Source of the DNA: Mobula hypostoma
Lineage: Eukaryota
DNA length: 64,000 nucleotides
Direction of reading: 5' to 3'
Assembly (NCBI RefSeq): GCF_963921235.1
Contig: NC_086108.1
Coordinates: forward strand, 90,026,001 to 90,090,000
The position numbers were made by a program, and so were the translations under genes. The notes beneath the pieces are model-generated. The model did not search any database, was not told the DNA's origin, and worked only from the letters and a program-made list of their open reading frames with translations. Below are positions 23,501 through 37,245 of the stretch, piece after piece (the first letter of the stretch is position 1; each line of letters begins with the position of its first letter).

Positions 23501-26500
23501 AGGCTCTTGGCTGTGGCTGGGTAGTCACTGCCTCAGCTTTCCTCCTCTCTCTTCTGTCCGACCACAGTCGAGTTCGTTCTTCCTCTGCATCGGTAATGCC
23601 TGTATGTACAGCCTGTCGCCAGGTGCAGCGATTTGTAGCTGTCTCTTCCCAAGTGTCCTCCCTGATATCAGCAGACTTCAGGTCACGTTTACAAACGTCC
23701 CTGTAACACAGCAGTGGGCACCCTATGGGCCGGGATCCTGCGGCAAGTTCTCCGTATAGGATGTCCTTGGGGATACGGCAGACGTGGCCAAGCCAGCGCA
23801 GTCGTTGCTGTGTGAGAAGGCCATACATGCTTGGCATGCTGGCCTGGTCCAGGACGTCCTTGTTTGGCACACGGTCTTCCAGGAAATTTCTAGGATCCGA
23901 TGCAAGCACCATAGGTGGAAGCTGTTGAGACGGTGCTCTTGGCGCGCATAGGTTGTTCAACTCTCGCTGCTGTAGAGAAGAGTACTCAGTACGCTGGCTC
24001 TGTACACTGCAGTCTTGGTGGCAGTGGTGAGCTTCTTGTTTCTCCACACTCTCTTTGACAGCTTGGCCATAGCAGCGGCTTTCCCTATTTGTCTGTTGAG
24101 CTCTGGATCGAGGGACAGGTTGCTGGAGACTGTCGATCCTAGGTACGTGAATTCATCGACCGCTTGCAGGGTGTAGTCACCGATGCTGATGCTGGGGGCT
24201 TCACTGACGTCCTGGCCTATGATCTCTGTCTTCTTCAGATTGATGGTGAGGCCAAACTCTTGGCAAGCATGTGCCAGGGAACTGACTAGCCTCTGGAGAC
24301 CAGACTGTGTGTGTGATGTCAGGGCGGCATCATCAGCAAAGAGTATCTCCCGGATCAGGACCTGGCGCAATTTGGTCTTTGCTCTGAGGCGTGCAAGGTT
24401 GAAGAGCTTGCTGTTGGACCTAGTGTGTAGGTACACTCCGACATCAGATGTCCTGAAAGCGTACAACAGTACGAGGGAGAAGAAGATCCCGAAGAGCATC
24501 GGGGCAAGGATACAACCGTGCTTCACTCTGCTTTGGATGGGGAAGGGCTCTGAGGATGATCCATCGAATTGTACTGTCCCCTGCATGCCGTCATGGAAAG
24601 AGGCGATGAGATTTAGCAGCTTTGAAGGGCATCCGATCTTCTTCAGGAATGCAAAGAGGCCTCTCCTGCTAACCAGGTCGAAAGCCTTGGTCAGATTGAT
24701 AAAGGCAACGTACAAAGGCTGTCTCTGTTCACGGCTCCTCTCCTGTAGCTGCCTGAGTGAGAAGATCATGTCGATGGTGGATCCCTCTGCTCTGAAGCCA
24801 CACTGGGACTCAGGGTAGATACGTTCTGCCAGTGTCTGCAGTCACTTCAGAACCACTTGGACAAACACCTTGCCAATGGTGTCGAGCAGGAATATGCCTC
24901 TGTAATTGTTACAGTCGTTGCAGTCCCCCTTATTCTTGAACAATGTGATGATGTTTGCGTCTCGCACGTCTTGAGGAACTGATTCCTTCTCCCAGCCCTG
25001 GCAGAGCAGCTCGTGAAGATGGCTTAGGAGCACTGGTTTCCTGCACTGGATCACTTCTGCAGGGTTTTCATCTTTGCCTGGTGCCCTGCCGTGAGCAGAC
25101 GAGTCGATGGCCTTGTTGAGTTCTTCCTCTGTTGGGGGTAGGTCCAGCTCTCTCATGACAGGTAGGGCAGGGATACTGGCAAGGGCTGACTCAGTGACCA
25201 TGTTCTCAGTGGAGTACAGGTTCTGCTAGTGCCTGGCCCACCTCTCCACCTGCTTGGTCTTTGATGACTTCACCATCCTTGGACTTGAACGGAGCGATCT
25301 TGCTAATGGTGGGCCTGAAGGCTTTCTTCATCCCCTCATACATGCCTTGTACATTGCCACGGTCGGCGCAGGTCTGGATGTTCTGGCACAGATTCTGCCC
25401 GTAGACAACTGCGCAGCGTCTAGCCGTCCTTTGAGCGTTGTTTCTTGCCATTCTCAGTGCAGTGAGATTCTTTTCTGAAGAGTCTCTTTTGTAGTTGATC
25501 AGAGCTGGTATCAATGACAGGTTCCATCTCAGACAGGTGAGATTCAAACCAGTCTTGGTTTTTCCTCTCCTTCTTCCTGAGGGATGACATGGCGGTGTTG
25601 TAGATGGTGCCACAAATAAATTGCCACCTCTCCTCCATGGTTGTGGCTGTATTTGCTTTGAAAGCCTGTTCCATTTGGTCGTTGCGTTTCGTGTGAAGTT
25701 CTGTGTTCACTGCCTTGGCAGTGTTGATGTGTGGGCATCCTTTCTGCTTGGTGTGGTGGATCTTCTTTGGTTTCAGTCGGACTTTGCTGCACACCATGGA
25801 ATGGTCCATGACGCAGTCTGCACTGTGTAAGCTGCGTGTTAGAAGCACACTGTTGAGGGCAGCTCTTCTGGTGATGATCATGTCCAGCTGATGCCAGTGT
25901 CCGGACCTTGGGTGTCTCTAGGAGACTTTCTGGTGAGGTTTGTCTTGAGGAACATGTTGGTGATGCACAGCTTGCAATAGGAGCAAACCTCTAGCAGTCT
26001 CTGGCTGTTGTCATTCATCTTGCCAAAGCCGAAGTGTCCGAGGCAGTCTGGCCATGAGCTGTGGTCAGATCCGACTCTAGCATTGAAATCACCAAGCAGA
26101 GTGATGTGTGCAGATTCTGGTATTTTGCTGATGGTAGCGTCGAGGTCCTCCTAAAACTGATCTTTTGTTTCTTGAGGTGAGCCCAGCATTGGAGCGTAGA
26201 CACTCAGGATGTCCACTTTACCAGACGATGTTGAAAGGCTGAGGGAAAGGATGCATTCTGACCTGCCGGTGGGAGGAACTATCATGGATAGCAGGCTGTT
26301 CTTGACAGCAAGGCCGACGCCATGCAGTTGGGGTTCCTCAGGTGGTCTGCCCTGCCGAAAGAAGGTATAGTTCCTCTCCCACAGCACGCTGTCTGCAGCG
26401 AGCCTGGTCTCTTGCAGTGCTGCTATGTCGATGTCCAGCACCCTCAGCTCAGAGTCAGTGATCACTGTTTTCCTGCTGTCGTTAATCTGCTGCGGGTCGT

Positions 26501-27060
26501 CTGAGAGGCCAGGGCACATGGTCCTAACGTTCCAGGTGGCCAGTCGCAGGACTGGTGGTTTCTTCTTTCTTCTCTGTGGTTTGCCTGGTGCAGTGATAGC
26601 CATCTGCTTTTCTATGTAAATCTAAGCTCCAAGCACCCACTGAAGCAGACAGACAGTGGCGAATCAGCACCCAATTGTCCAGGGGCTGCCTGGATTGAGG
26701 CGGGCGATAGCTGATCAGTCAGATGCAGTGACCTCTCCCACCGTCGGAGGCAACCTGTAGTGCCCGTACCCTATGCCAATCAGGTTGGACTTATAACCCA
26801 TAGCTGCTGCCTCCTGTGTTGGTTTTTCTGCTTTGCAGCAGCACTGGAGTGACCTCTCTTATCTTTCTTATACTCCATGCATAAGTACTGCATTTGCTAC
26901 CCTTTTTGATTCTGTATTCCTAACGCACTGGTACTTACCCTGTAGGCTGCAGTTTTGTCCTATTATCTGCCTACTCTTCCTGACAGTCTGACTGCATGCT
27001 ACCTTTGCTATCTTACCGTCTGTCCTATCCTGAGTCTCTTCACTCCGGTTCCCACCCATA
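20520..27060 (-). mobile_element. Long decayed CR1 LINE (endonuclease to 3' tail), split by an RTE insertion at about 23362-26856
   Basis: ORFs 23130-23348 (YDAVAITKSWL, APE), 21779-22153 (IFKKG...NYKAVSLTSVVGK), 21543-21773 (YLDFQKA) and 21120-21353 (KYNVGKC). CR1 sequence resumes after about 26860. Confidence 0.88.
23362..26856 (-). mobile_element. Apparently full-length RTE-clade LINE (5' UTR, APE endonuclease, RT, C-terminal Cys/His motif), frameshifted
   Basis: ORFs 26151-26603 (LATWNVRTM...DIAALQETRL), 24842-25201 (FKNKGD..DCNNYRGIFLL), 23957-24769 (VKHGCILAP...LFADDAAL...FTYLGS) and 23472-24047 (RLRWLGHV...FVCSSCAKD). TSD core tttcttata at 23353-23361 and 26864-26872. Confidence 0.93.
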
Positions 27061-28107
27061 AAATATTGCTCCATTTGGTACAAAACTAGAGTTAAAATGA
27101 AAGTTAAAATAATGTCTGAAATGTTTTAATATTGATCATAAGCTTATCATAAATCTGTTAAGGCAGTTAGCTTTCACTGTCAATTTTATATGTATAGTTT
27201 TACAAATGAACATTGAATCCAACTCGATTTTGGATATACTTATTTGGTATGTTTTCCGTATCAATTACAACAGAAAGCACTGTGTATTATCATTGTGCTA
27301 ATTTTTATTCAAGAAATTTTTAAAGCTGACAAGGAATTGCAAATATTCTTGATGCCAAATATTACAGTACATTATCATTATTACAATCATTGTCAGCATA
27401 GCTTAATATATGCCATAAAACACCCATCCATAACAGTCCTATTTTTTTTCAGTTTAACTCGCAAGTTACATTGGAAAGCAGAGATGAGGAATAAAAACCT
27501 GTAAGGATATGAAACATAAATTTTTATAATTCTTCAAAATTTTATATACTTACAATGAAATGGCACTAAAGCAAACAATAATCTTCATTAAATTGAGTGT
27601 AAATTAAGATAACATCTCACTGTTTCTGCATTATTTATCTTGCATGGTTTTTATTGTTATTTTTAGTATTGCAGCCAGTCCCAATGATCTTGCTTACTCT
27701 TGCATCGACTTTACATGTTTATTGCCAAACAGTTGTGTATATTTTCTGCAATGCCTACCAGTTCAGAACAGTTTTTGTAAAAATGCTGTCAAACATTAAA
27801 ATAAGACTAAGGCTAATTAAAGATAGCACATAATTCAAAGAAGGATCACCAGGTTGGAGTCGAGACCTTTCCTCGGATCAACCTGAGGAAGTGAATTAGT
27901 GGCCAATAATATCATGGTTCAAAGGATATAACGGCAGTCAAATATATGTCAATTTTTATTTTTAAAAGGCTAAATGAATGACAAGCAAAATTGCAGTAGG
28001 ACTGAAATTTGGAATGAAATAACCCATTAATTTGAAGAAGATTGTTACTGAGCTACATCTTATGGCGATAGTTGAGTTACAAATTAATGACATAAGTTCA
28101 GATAAAC

Positions 28108-29185
28108 ATTCAAGATTCAAGGTTATTTATTGTCATTTGTCAGTACACAAGCTTAAAGAAGAATGAAATAATTGTTACTTTGGATTCAATGCAACATTGA
28201 ACAATAAACATAAAGAACACAATAAAACACAATAAATTTAAATACATTAAATTACCTTATAAATTTAGACTGACTTATGTACGTAAAGTGACACTGGGTA
28301 AAGGAGTATCTGTATATAAGGTGGCTCTGACAGGAAATGATAGGAGTGTGGTTTGGGGAATTAATGGGAGGAGGGGTTGATCAACCAGAATACTTGGAGA
28401 AATAACTGTTTTTGAGTCTGGTGGTCCTGGTGTGGATGCTGCATAGCCTCTCCCTAGGCAGGGTGGATAGGATTCTTCAAGATATTGTTGGCATTCTCCC
28501 ATCTCTTTTCTGTATATATGTCCTTGATGGCAAGTAGGCCAATGTCAATGATGCATTGGACAGTTCTAACTATCCGTTGTAGAGCCCTCCTGTCTGCTAA
28601 AGTGCAATTTCTATACCACTCAGTGATGCAGTATGTTAGGATGGTCTCAACTGTGCATCAGTAGAAGATCTTAAGTATTGATGTATACAGTCCAGCTGTC
28701 TTCATCCTCCTCAGAAGCTAGAGGCATTGGTGAGCTTTCTTGTTCCTGGAGGCTGTATTCTATAACTATGAAAAGTTGTGTGAGATGTACACTCTCAGGG
28801 GTTTGAAACGGCTTGCTGTTTCTACTGCAGTGCCGCCAATATGAAGAGGGATTTAAGTGGTGCATGTTTTCCTGAAGTCAATAATCATCTCCTTTGTCTT
28901 GTTGAAATTGAGGAAGAGGTTATTTGCCTGGCACCAGGCCTCAAGCTCTTCCACTTCCGTTCTGTACGGCATCTCATTTTTGTTGGTGATGAGCCCCACT
29001 GCTGTTGCGACATTGGCAAACTTACAATGTGATTGCTCGGGTGTTTGGCTACCTGGTCGTGTGTGAACGGAGTGTACAGCGCTGGGCTCAGCACACAGCC
29101 CTAGGGAACATCCGTGTTGTGGATGATGAGGATGAAGGAGGGGGTTGTGCATCCTGACTATCTGGGGTCTGTGAAAGGCTAAACC
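28108..29185 (-). mobile_element. Rex1/Babar-type LINE 3' fragment
   Basis: ORF 28853-29215 (LEAWCQANNLFLNFNKTKEMIIDFRK). (TCTTGA)n-type tail at about 28108. Confidence 0.82.
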
Positions 29186-31033
29186 AATCACAAAATAAAG
29201 TGAGTGAAGTAACAAAGTACATCAAATATACAAAGCGAAAACCTCAATAGTGCTCAAATTGACTACTGCCTTCACAGTCTGTAACAATAAACTCTTAATA
29301 GCTGGTATAACACTTTGAAACAACCAGAGATTATAAAAATTGCTATGTTCTTCATTGATGCATCTATTGGTGTCTTGAGATCTGAAAAACTACAGAGGCA
29401 CACATAGCAACATAAGAAAGCCCTTGTGTTGCCATGGGATTTAGTCACGAGTAAGTCTAGGATGATCTCAGATATTAACTAATCATCTTAAGACAGCAAA
29501 GGCATAACTGCTGTGGCCTTGTGGTGGTCATTGGAATGGGGTATAGGTAGCTCATGGTAAATGGGTTATTTTTGTCACACTCACTGAAGTGCTGTGAAAA
29601 ACTGTTTCTCATGCTATCCTTACAGATCATTTCATTACAACAATGCAAAACAATAAAAGAATGCAGAATGAAGTGTGGAAGTTACAGAGGATATCCAGTC
29701 CAGGCATGTAGTAATATGTAAGGTCATGTGAGGTTTTTGGATTTTCTTTAATTCTATCTGCCAATGATACTTTGTAACCACTTTTGCCTCATAATTTCAC
29801 TTTTAAGTGCCCCCTTATTCTTTTTTAAACGCCAGAGAGGCCTCCACCGTAATTAGTTTTCTATATCTGCTATAAGTATCTATTACTCTGTATTCAGTCC
29901 TCAATATTCCTTAACATCCAGAGTTCCCTGTACTTGTTGCCCTTGGATTTTCCTTTTAAATGAACATGATAGCCCTGAACTCTCATTATTTTTCCTTTGA
30001 ATGCTTCCCACTGTGTAGATGAAGATTTGGCTGCAAGTAAAAGCTCTAATTTTACCTCTACCAGTTGGCCTTCCTCTTATTTACGGAGTTATGGATTTAC
30101 AAAGATTCCTGGCCTATTGCTATCTTTATCCATAACTACTTTGACACATAAGGAGTTACTGTATATGCACTATCCCCAAAAATGGTAACCAAGACAAGGT
30201 TTCACTTTACCTTGATAGATGTGACAATATTAAACTAATATAATTTACCAATAAAACAGAAAATACTGTACACACCTAATCTGCCTGCATGTATAAAGAA
30301 CGTTACATTAATCAGGGAATATTTTCCCCCAGTAGCATACTTTTCTTTCAAATGTGATCCTTACTGCAGATAAAACTGGAAACAGAAGTTCTTATTGTAC
30401 ACAGTTCAGGAATTCCTCCTCTTTGTTCTATATATTATTGTTTTCCCAGACTAATGGAATTGACTATTGATGAAAAAGATCCCCGTTGGTTAGCTATGCT
30501 ACACAAGCACATATGATGAACATTTTGTCTCCTAAATCTAAAAGTCATTCAAATTTGTACCATGCCATATGACTGACATTACTGGATCATATTTAGTCTA
30601 AAGTTGCTATTTTGTCAAGTTACAGTCCTTAGAAGTCTACTCCTACAAAAGCACCCATTAACATTATGCTTCCAGCACTAAATGAAATAGCTTTGAATTT
30701 GTACTAAGTCATGCCTTCCTATAGTCTTGTAATAATATCTTTGATCATTACTGACACAACACTTTCAAATGTTCCTCTCTATCTTTCCTGAAAATCATCA
30801 AACCACAAATATTTTCATTTCTCTGCTTCTGCTTGCTATATCTCCACCATTCCACTTCTATCATAATCCTGCTTAGCTGTTTGTAGCTTTAATTTCCCAG
30901 CTTTATGCACTGAATAACAACTATTTACAGAGATGCATTTTTAACCTTTCCTCATGACAAATGGCATTGATATAGTGTGATCACTTGAGTCGAGTATGAT
31001 GTTCTCTCAAGGGGTTATTCCCTTCATGAAGAA

Positions 31034-31280
31034 TGTTGTGCATTTATTATTTCAGTGATATTTGAGTAATATCGTAAATATATTGTTTGCTTAAGCATTC
31101 TTTGTTCTTTACATAATTCATTATGGGTTATACATAAAAGTATGAGAAGGCATACGTCATTACATCGCCACATCCTAAGTGCACACCTCATTAAAAGTAA
31201 AAATGAAATGCACATATTTATCCGGGGCTCCATGTTTTTCTTTTGATTAGTTTTCTGTTTTGGAGTTGCAAGACATATGA
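31034..31280 (+). mobile_element. Solo LTR related to the LTRs of the 48490-51353 Gypsy element
   Basis: tgttgtgcatttattatttcagtgatatttgagtaat...ttaagcattctt is reverse-complement homologous to 48490-48746 and 51113-51353. Possible 5-bp TSD aagaa/gagaa. Confidence 0.78.
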
Positions 31281-31665
31281 GAGAATGTCTGTACAGTTAA
31301 TAAAGATGTTTTAATGCGATTAAGCAATCTTTGCTGCTTAAAACCGACGGGAAAAATGCCAACTGTGGTCATTCAATCCTCAGTAGGAGGAATCTTTGGA
31401 AATGCAGCTGCCGCTCCGGGCTACGAGTGTGTTTAAAAATTCCAAGGTTTTCAACAAACAATAACAACTATCTTGCTGGCAAATGTATAGTCTCTCAGAG
31501 CTAGGGTTCTGTAACAGAGGAATATTAGGATCGCTTGTGTCCTTTGTTTCAAGTAATCCTGGTTAAACCCTTCCGTACTGGGTGCAGCAATTCAAATTGA
31601 CAGGTTCACTATACACCATAGAAACATAGAAATATAGAAAATAGGTGCAGGAGTAGGCCATTCGG

Positions 31666-34655
31666 AGTGTATACCTATGAAAACTTGCGGTACATTTCCA
31701 AACTAAAAGCCATGGAAGAACCAAGAGGTTCGATGGCTGCTGAGGGCTATATCAGTGCCATTTAAGTCTGGCAACCCAGGTCTGTACAGAAAAAACAGAT
31801 ATGACTTGCGGGGGGCTACTTCAAGAGCAAAGAAACAATTCCAATCAGGGTTGGAGGTGATATCGGTTGCACAATAGCTCTGTCAGGGTTTGCAGGACAT
31901 TGCTTCCTACAAAGCAAAACCCAATAGCATGAATGGCAGTGCTAGACGAGCGCAATGCCTGTTATGCCCACTTTGAAAGGGAGAATATAACTACAACTAT
32001 GAGGAGCCATGCTGAACCCAGTGATCCTGTGATCTCTGTTTTGGAGGCTGATGTCCAGCTATCTTTCAGGAGGGTGAATGCTCGCAAGACAGCAGACCCC
32101 AATGGAGTACCTGGTAAGGCTCTGAAAAGTTGTGCAACTAACTGGTATGTATATTTAAGGACATTTTCAACCTCTCACTGCTATTGTCAGAAGTTCCCAC
32201 CTACTTCAAAAGGGCAATAATTATACCAGTGCCCAAGAAGAGTAGTAAGAGCTGCCTTAATGACTATAGTCCAGTAGCACTCACATCTGTGATGCTGAAC
32301 TGCTTTGAGAGGTTGGCTATAGCTAGAATCAACACTATCCTCACCAAGAAACTGGACCACTGCAATTTGCCTATCACCACAATAGGTCTACGACAGACAC
32401 AAACTCAGTGGCTCTTCACATGGCCTTAGATCACCTGGACAACACAAATACCTTTGTCAGGATGCTGTTTGTTGACTACAGCATTCTTATAGTCCTGATC
32501 AAAAAGCTACAGAACCTGCGGCTCTGTATTTCCCCCTGTAATTGGATCCCCGACTTCCTATCCGGAAGACCACAAGCTGTGCAAATTGATAATAGTACCT
32601 CTTCCTTGCTGGCGATCAACATTGGCGCACCTCAGGGATGTGTGCTTAGCCCACTGCTCTCCTCTCTCTATACTCATGACTGTGTGGCTAGGCATAGCTC
32701 AAATGTCGTCAATAAATTTGCTGATGATACAACATTGTTCGCAGAAACTCAGATGGAGATAAGAGGGTGTACGGGAGTGAGATATCCCAGCTAGTTGAGT
32801 GATTTTGTAGCAGCAACCTTGCACTCAGTGTCAATAAGACCAAAGAGTTGATAGTGGACTTCAGAAAGTGTAGGATGAGGAACATAAAACAGATCCTCAT
32901 AGAGGGATCAGAAGTGGAGGGAGTAAGTAATTTCAAGTCCCTGGGTGTCAAAATCTCTGAGGATCTTAACCTGGTCCCAACATATTGATGCAGCTATAAA
33001 GAAGGCAAGACAGCGGCGATATTTCATTATGAGTTTAAGGAGATTTAGTTTGTCACCTAATGCACTCAAACACTTCTACAGACATACTGACAGTCTGTAT
33101 CACTGTCTGGTATGGGGGTGGGTGGGTGGTGAGGCTACTGCACAGGACCAAAAGAAGCTACAGAGAGTTGTAAAACTATTCAGCTCCATCTGGAGTACTA
33201 GCCTCTGTGGTATCAAAGACACCTTCAAGGAATGGTGCCACAGGAAGACAGAGTCCATCATTAAGGACCCCCATCACCCAGGACCTGTTGTCCTCTCATT
33301 GTTACCATAAGGAGATACAGAAGCCTGAAGGCACACACTCAGTGATTCACTGAGTGGAAAAGCAAATTATACAGAGGACGTGGAGAGTCTGCAGACAGAT
33401 ATAGATAGGTTAAGTGAGTGGGCCAAGGTCTGGCAGATGGAATACAACGTTGGTAAATGCGAGATCATCCACTTTGGAAGGAATAATAGAAGAGCAGATT
33501 ATTATTTAAATGGTGAAAGATTGCAGCATGCTGTTGTGCAGAGGGACTTGGGAGTGCTTGTTCATGAATCGCAAAAAGTTGGCTTGCAGGTACAACAGGT
33601 TATTAAGAAGGCAAACGGAATGTTGGCCTTCATTGCTAGAGGGATTGAATTCAAGAGCAGGGAGGTCATGCTGCAACTATACAGGGTACTGGTGAGGCCG
33701 CACCTGGAGTACTGTGTGCAGTTCTGGTCTTCATACTTGAGGAAGGATATACTGGCTTTGGAGCCAGTGCAGAGGAGGTTCACCAGGTTGATTCCAGGGA
33801 TGAAGGGGTTAACCTATGAGGAGAGATTGAGTTGCCCGGGACAAAACTCTCTGTAGTTCAGAAGAATGAGAGAGGATCTTATAGAAACAAATAAAATTTT
33901 GAAAGGGATAGAAAAGATAAAAGTGGGAAAGTTGTTTCTATTGGTAGGTGAGACTAGAACTAGGGGACATTGCCTCAAGATTTAGGGGAGAATATTTAGG
34001 ACGGAGATGAGGAGAAACTGTTTATCCCAGAGAGTGTGAATCTGCAGAATTCTCTGCCCAGGGAAGCAGTTGAGTCTTCCTCACTACATATATTTAAGAA
34101 ACAGTTAGATAGGTTTTTACATAGTAAGGGAATTAAGGGTTATTGGGAAAAGGCAGGTATATGGAGCTGAGTTTACGGACAGATCAGCCATGATCTTATT
34201 GAATGGCGGGGCAGGCTCAATGGGCCGGATGGCCTACTCCTGCTCCTATTTCTTATGTTCTTATGATCATCTTTTTCCCCTCTGCCATCTGATTCCTAAA
34301 TGGACATTGAGCCCATGAGCACTATCTCACTTTGTTTTTATTATTATTTGTTTTGTACTATTTTTAATTTAATTATTTAATAAACATATATATACGTACT
34401 GTATTATTGAATTGAATTGACTTTATTTCTTACATCCTTCACACACATGAGTAAAAATCTTTACATTATGTCTCTGACTGAATGTGCAATGTGCAAATTA
34501 TAGTAATTTGTAATAAATAGTATGTACAGTAAGACATAAAACAGAACAGTCAATAGATTTACTTTTTTTTCTATATTGTCATGTATTGGATTGTACTAAT
34601 AAGTTAACAAATTTCATGGCATATGTCAATGATATTAAGCTGGATTTTGATTCTG
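31666..34655 (+). mobile_element. Rex1/Babar-type LINE (RT to tail), interrupted by CR1 at about 33350-34265
   Basis: ORFs 32184-32429 (PVPKK..CLNDYSPVALTS), 32408-32794 (GAPQGCVLSPLL...KFADDTT) and 32945-33310. Rex 3' UTR resumes at about 34266 and ends in ttttgattctga. Confidence 0.88.
33350..34265 (+). mobile_element. CR1 LINE 3' end
   Basis: ORF 33380-33856 (LQTDIDRLSEWAKVWQMEYNVGKC...[13 protein letters not shown]). Tail ttcttatgttcttatg. Confidence 0.92.
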
Positions 34656-35545
34656 AATGCCTGTCTGTGACTTTGTTTAACGTATGGTAAGGCGACTCAT
34701 ACATGGGCAGACATCGCATGGTCCTTGCCAGATCGGGGTCAGAGTCCTGTGCCATGAAATACAAGGCGACTGGGGATTGTTCACTTTTGCACCTGTCCTC
34801 TATCTTCACTGCACTGTCCTTCTGTCATCTTCTGCCAGCAACGGCACTGAAATCTTGGTATTGAGCTAAGAGCTTTACTCCTGGTACATTCATTGTCCTC
34901 CTCATCCAGTAGATTGAAACCTCCTGGTAAACATGTATACTCGTTGATATTCGTTGTAGAATGCCTTTCATTAGCTGAAGTATGCACTTTAACACATTCT
35001 GTGAGCCAGAGGAAAATGACTAATCTTTCCTTCTAATCCTGAATAGCTTTCAAGTGTCATCTTTCAATAATCATTCCAAATCGAATGTAGAAAGTAATCA
35101 GAGCTATTAAGCTTTTGGCAACAAAAAAAAGGAGGAAGATAGACAAAGATAGATGCAAATGTGTAACAGTCCTTTCAGTTTGGAAATTGGTTAATTGGTC
35201 ATTGATACTGCAAAATTGTTTTACCTACATTGGGGGGGGGAGTGAAAATTATTTGCCTGTTCATCTATTCATAATAGTAACATAATAGACATCACATGAT
35301 TAAAACAGAAAAGCAAAAGGGTCCAAATGCAATTGCCCACAATTGTAGCAAGGCTATTCCCAACACCTTCACATGCATTTATAAATCTAGTTCCATCTTC
35401 TTTCACTGCTACATCATCATTTACAATTATAGCAAGTTTATTCAATTTATTTAATTGGAAAAAGTGGGTCAATTTCCACTGTAATTTAAAGGTATTGAAT
35501 TTCAATATTCCATGCTACGACAATGATAAGTTCAAACTGTAAATA

Positions 35546-36088
35546 TACCCAGTGGCCACTTTGTTAGGTACACCTATACTCTCGCACGTTAATACAAATA
35601 ACTAATCAGACAATTATACGACAGTAACCCAATGCATAAAAGCATGCAGACATGGTCAAGAGGTCCAGTTGATGTTCAGACGAAAAATCAGAATGGGGAA
35701 AAATGTGATCTAAGTTACTTAGACTGTGGGATGATTGTTGGTGTCAGACCAGGTGGTTTGAGTGTCTTAGAAAATGCTGATCTCCTGGGATTTTCATGTA
35801 GAACAGTCTCTAGAGTTAACTGAGAATGGTGTGAAATAAAAAAAAATCTAGTGAGCACCAGTTCTGTGGGTGAAAACACTTTGGTATTGCGAGAGTACAG
35901 AGGAGAATGGCCAGACTAGTTCAAGCTGACAGAAAAGCGACAGTAACTCAAGTAACCATCTGTTACAACAGTGGTGTGCAGAAGAACATCTTTCAATGCA
36001 CAACACATCAAACCTTGAAGTGCATGGGCTACAGCTGCAGAAGACCAGGAATGTACAGTCAGTGCCACTTTATTAGGCACAGGAGGTA
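35546..36088 (+). mobile_element. Tc1-family non-autonomous transposon
   Basis: TIR agtggccactttgttaggtacacc. ORFs 35632-35823 (GEKCDLSYLDCGMIVG) and 35907-36089 (MARLVQADRKATVTQ) match Tc1 transposase N-terminal parts. Confidence 0.83.
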
Positions 36089-36178
36089 GCTCATTCAGGA
36101 AGATAAAATAGCATGTGTATGTCACTGTAGTGCTACTGTTTAAGTATGAACTTCTGGCCAGTTAAATATCATCTAGAC

Positions 36179-36258
36179 CAGGGGTTCCCAACCATTTTTA
36201 TGCCATGGACCAATACCATTTAGCAAGGGGCTGGTGGATCCCAGCTTGGAAACCCCTC
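36179..36258. mobile_element. 80-bp hAT/Charlie-type MITE
   Basis: TIRs caggggttcccaac / cttggaaacccctc. Flanks atctagac/gtctagat fit the Charlie NTCTAGAN target. Confidence 0.75.
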
Positions 36259-36444
36259 GTCTAGATGATCTTGTAATGAAATAATGGAATACAAACATAT
36301 GTATCAAAAGTAGGTGTAGACTGGTGGTCCCCTATAGCTTTCTTCACCATTTTGTAAGATCATGTCTCATCAGTCTGTAACTGGCATCAGCGTTCTCACC
36401 ATCTTTGAGGAACTTTCTACCACTTTCTTGTCACAGATCTATCT

Positions 36445-37245
36445 AGTGAATGTTAGCATTCATTTTGAGAGGATGAGAATATGAAAGGAAGGTGTAATTT
36501 TGAGGCTTTATACGGCATTGGTCAGACCACACTTGGAGTATTGTGAGCAGTTTTGGACCCCTTATCTGGGAAAAAAAAATGTGCTGCCATGGGAGGGAAG
36601 AGGTACACGAGAATGATCCTGGGACTGAAAGAGTTAACATATGAAAAGCGTTTGAGGGCTTTGGATCTGTACTCGCTGAAGTTTAGGATTGCATTACCGT
36701 CTGGTATTGGGGGGGGGGGGTCACTGCACAAGATCAAAGAAGCCGCAGGGGTTGCGAGCTCAGCCAGCTCCATCAAGGACACTAGTCTACCCAGTGGCAA
36801 GGGCACCTTCAAAAGGCGATGTTTCAAAAAGGTGGTATCCATCATGAAGGACTCCCATCACCCAGGACATACCCTCTTCTCATTGAAGCTATTGAACACT
36901 GAAAAGTCTAGATAAAGTGGACATGGAAAAGATGCTTCATATAGTGGGGAGGTCTGGGACCAGAGGGCACAGCTCGGAATAGAAGGCAGTCCCTTTGGAA
37001 CAGAGATGCAGAAGAATTTCTTTTCCCAAAGAGAGGTGATTCTGTGGAATTCATTGCCACAGATGGCTGCGGAGACCAAGTCATTGGGTATATTTAAAGC
37101 AGAAGAGATAAGTTTTTGATTAATAAGAGTGTCAAAGGGGGTTATGGGGAAAAGGCAGGAGAATGGAGTTGAGAGGGATAATAAATCATCATTGATGGAC
37201 TGGCAGGATGGGCCAGGTGGCCTAATTGTGATGTCTTATGGTCTA
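36445..37245 (+). mobile_element. CR1 3' end containing an internal Rex1 fragment (about 36687-36885)
   Basis: ORF 36553-36915 switches from CR1 (GLKELTYEKRLRALDLYSL) to Rex1 (FKRRCFKKVVSIMKDSHHPGHTLFSL) and the DNA then returns to CR1. Confidence 0.8.

Noticed and set aside
30450..30488. Possible 39-nt micro-exon (ttttcccag|...LMELTIDEKDPR...|gttagc)
   Set aside because: Weak donor, no recognisable protein match and no partner exons. Such a pattern is expected by chance in 64 kb.
34660..34990. Overlapping ORFs 34579-34809 and 34781-34987 as a host exon
   Set aside because: No recognisable protein family. The sequence looks more like a decayed repeat, and one ORF runs into a Rex tail.
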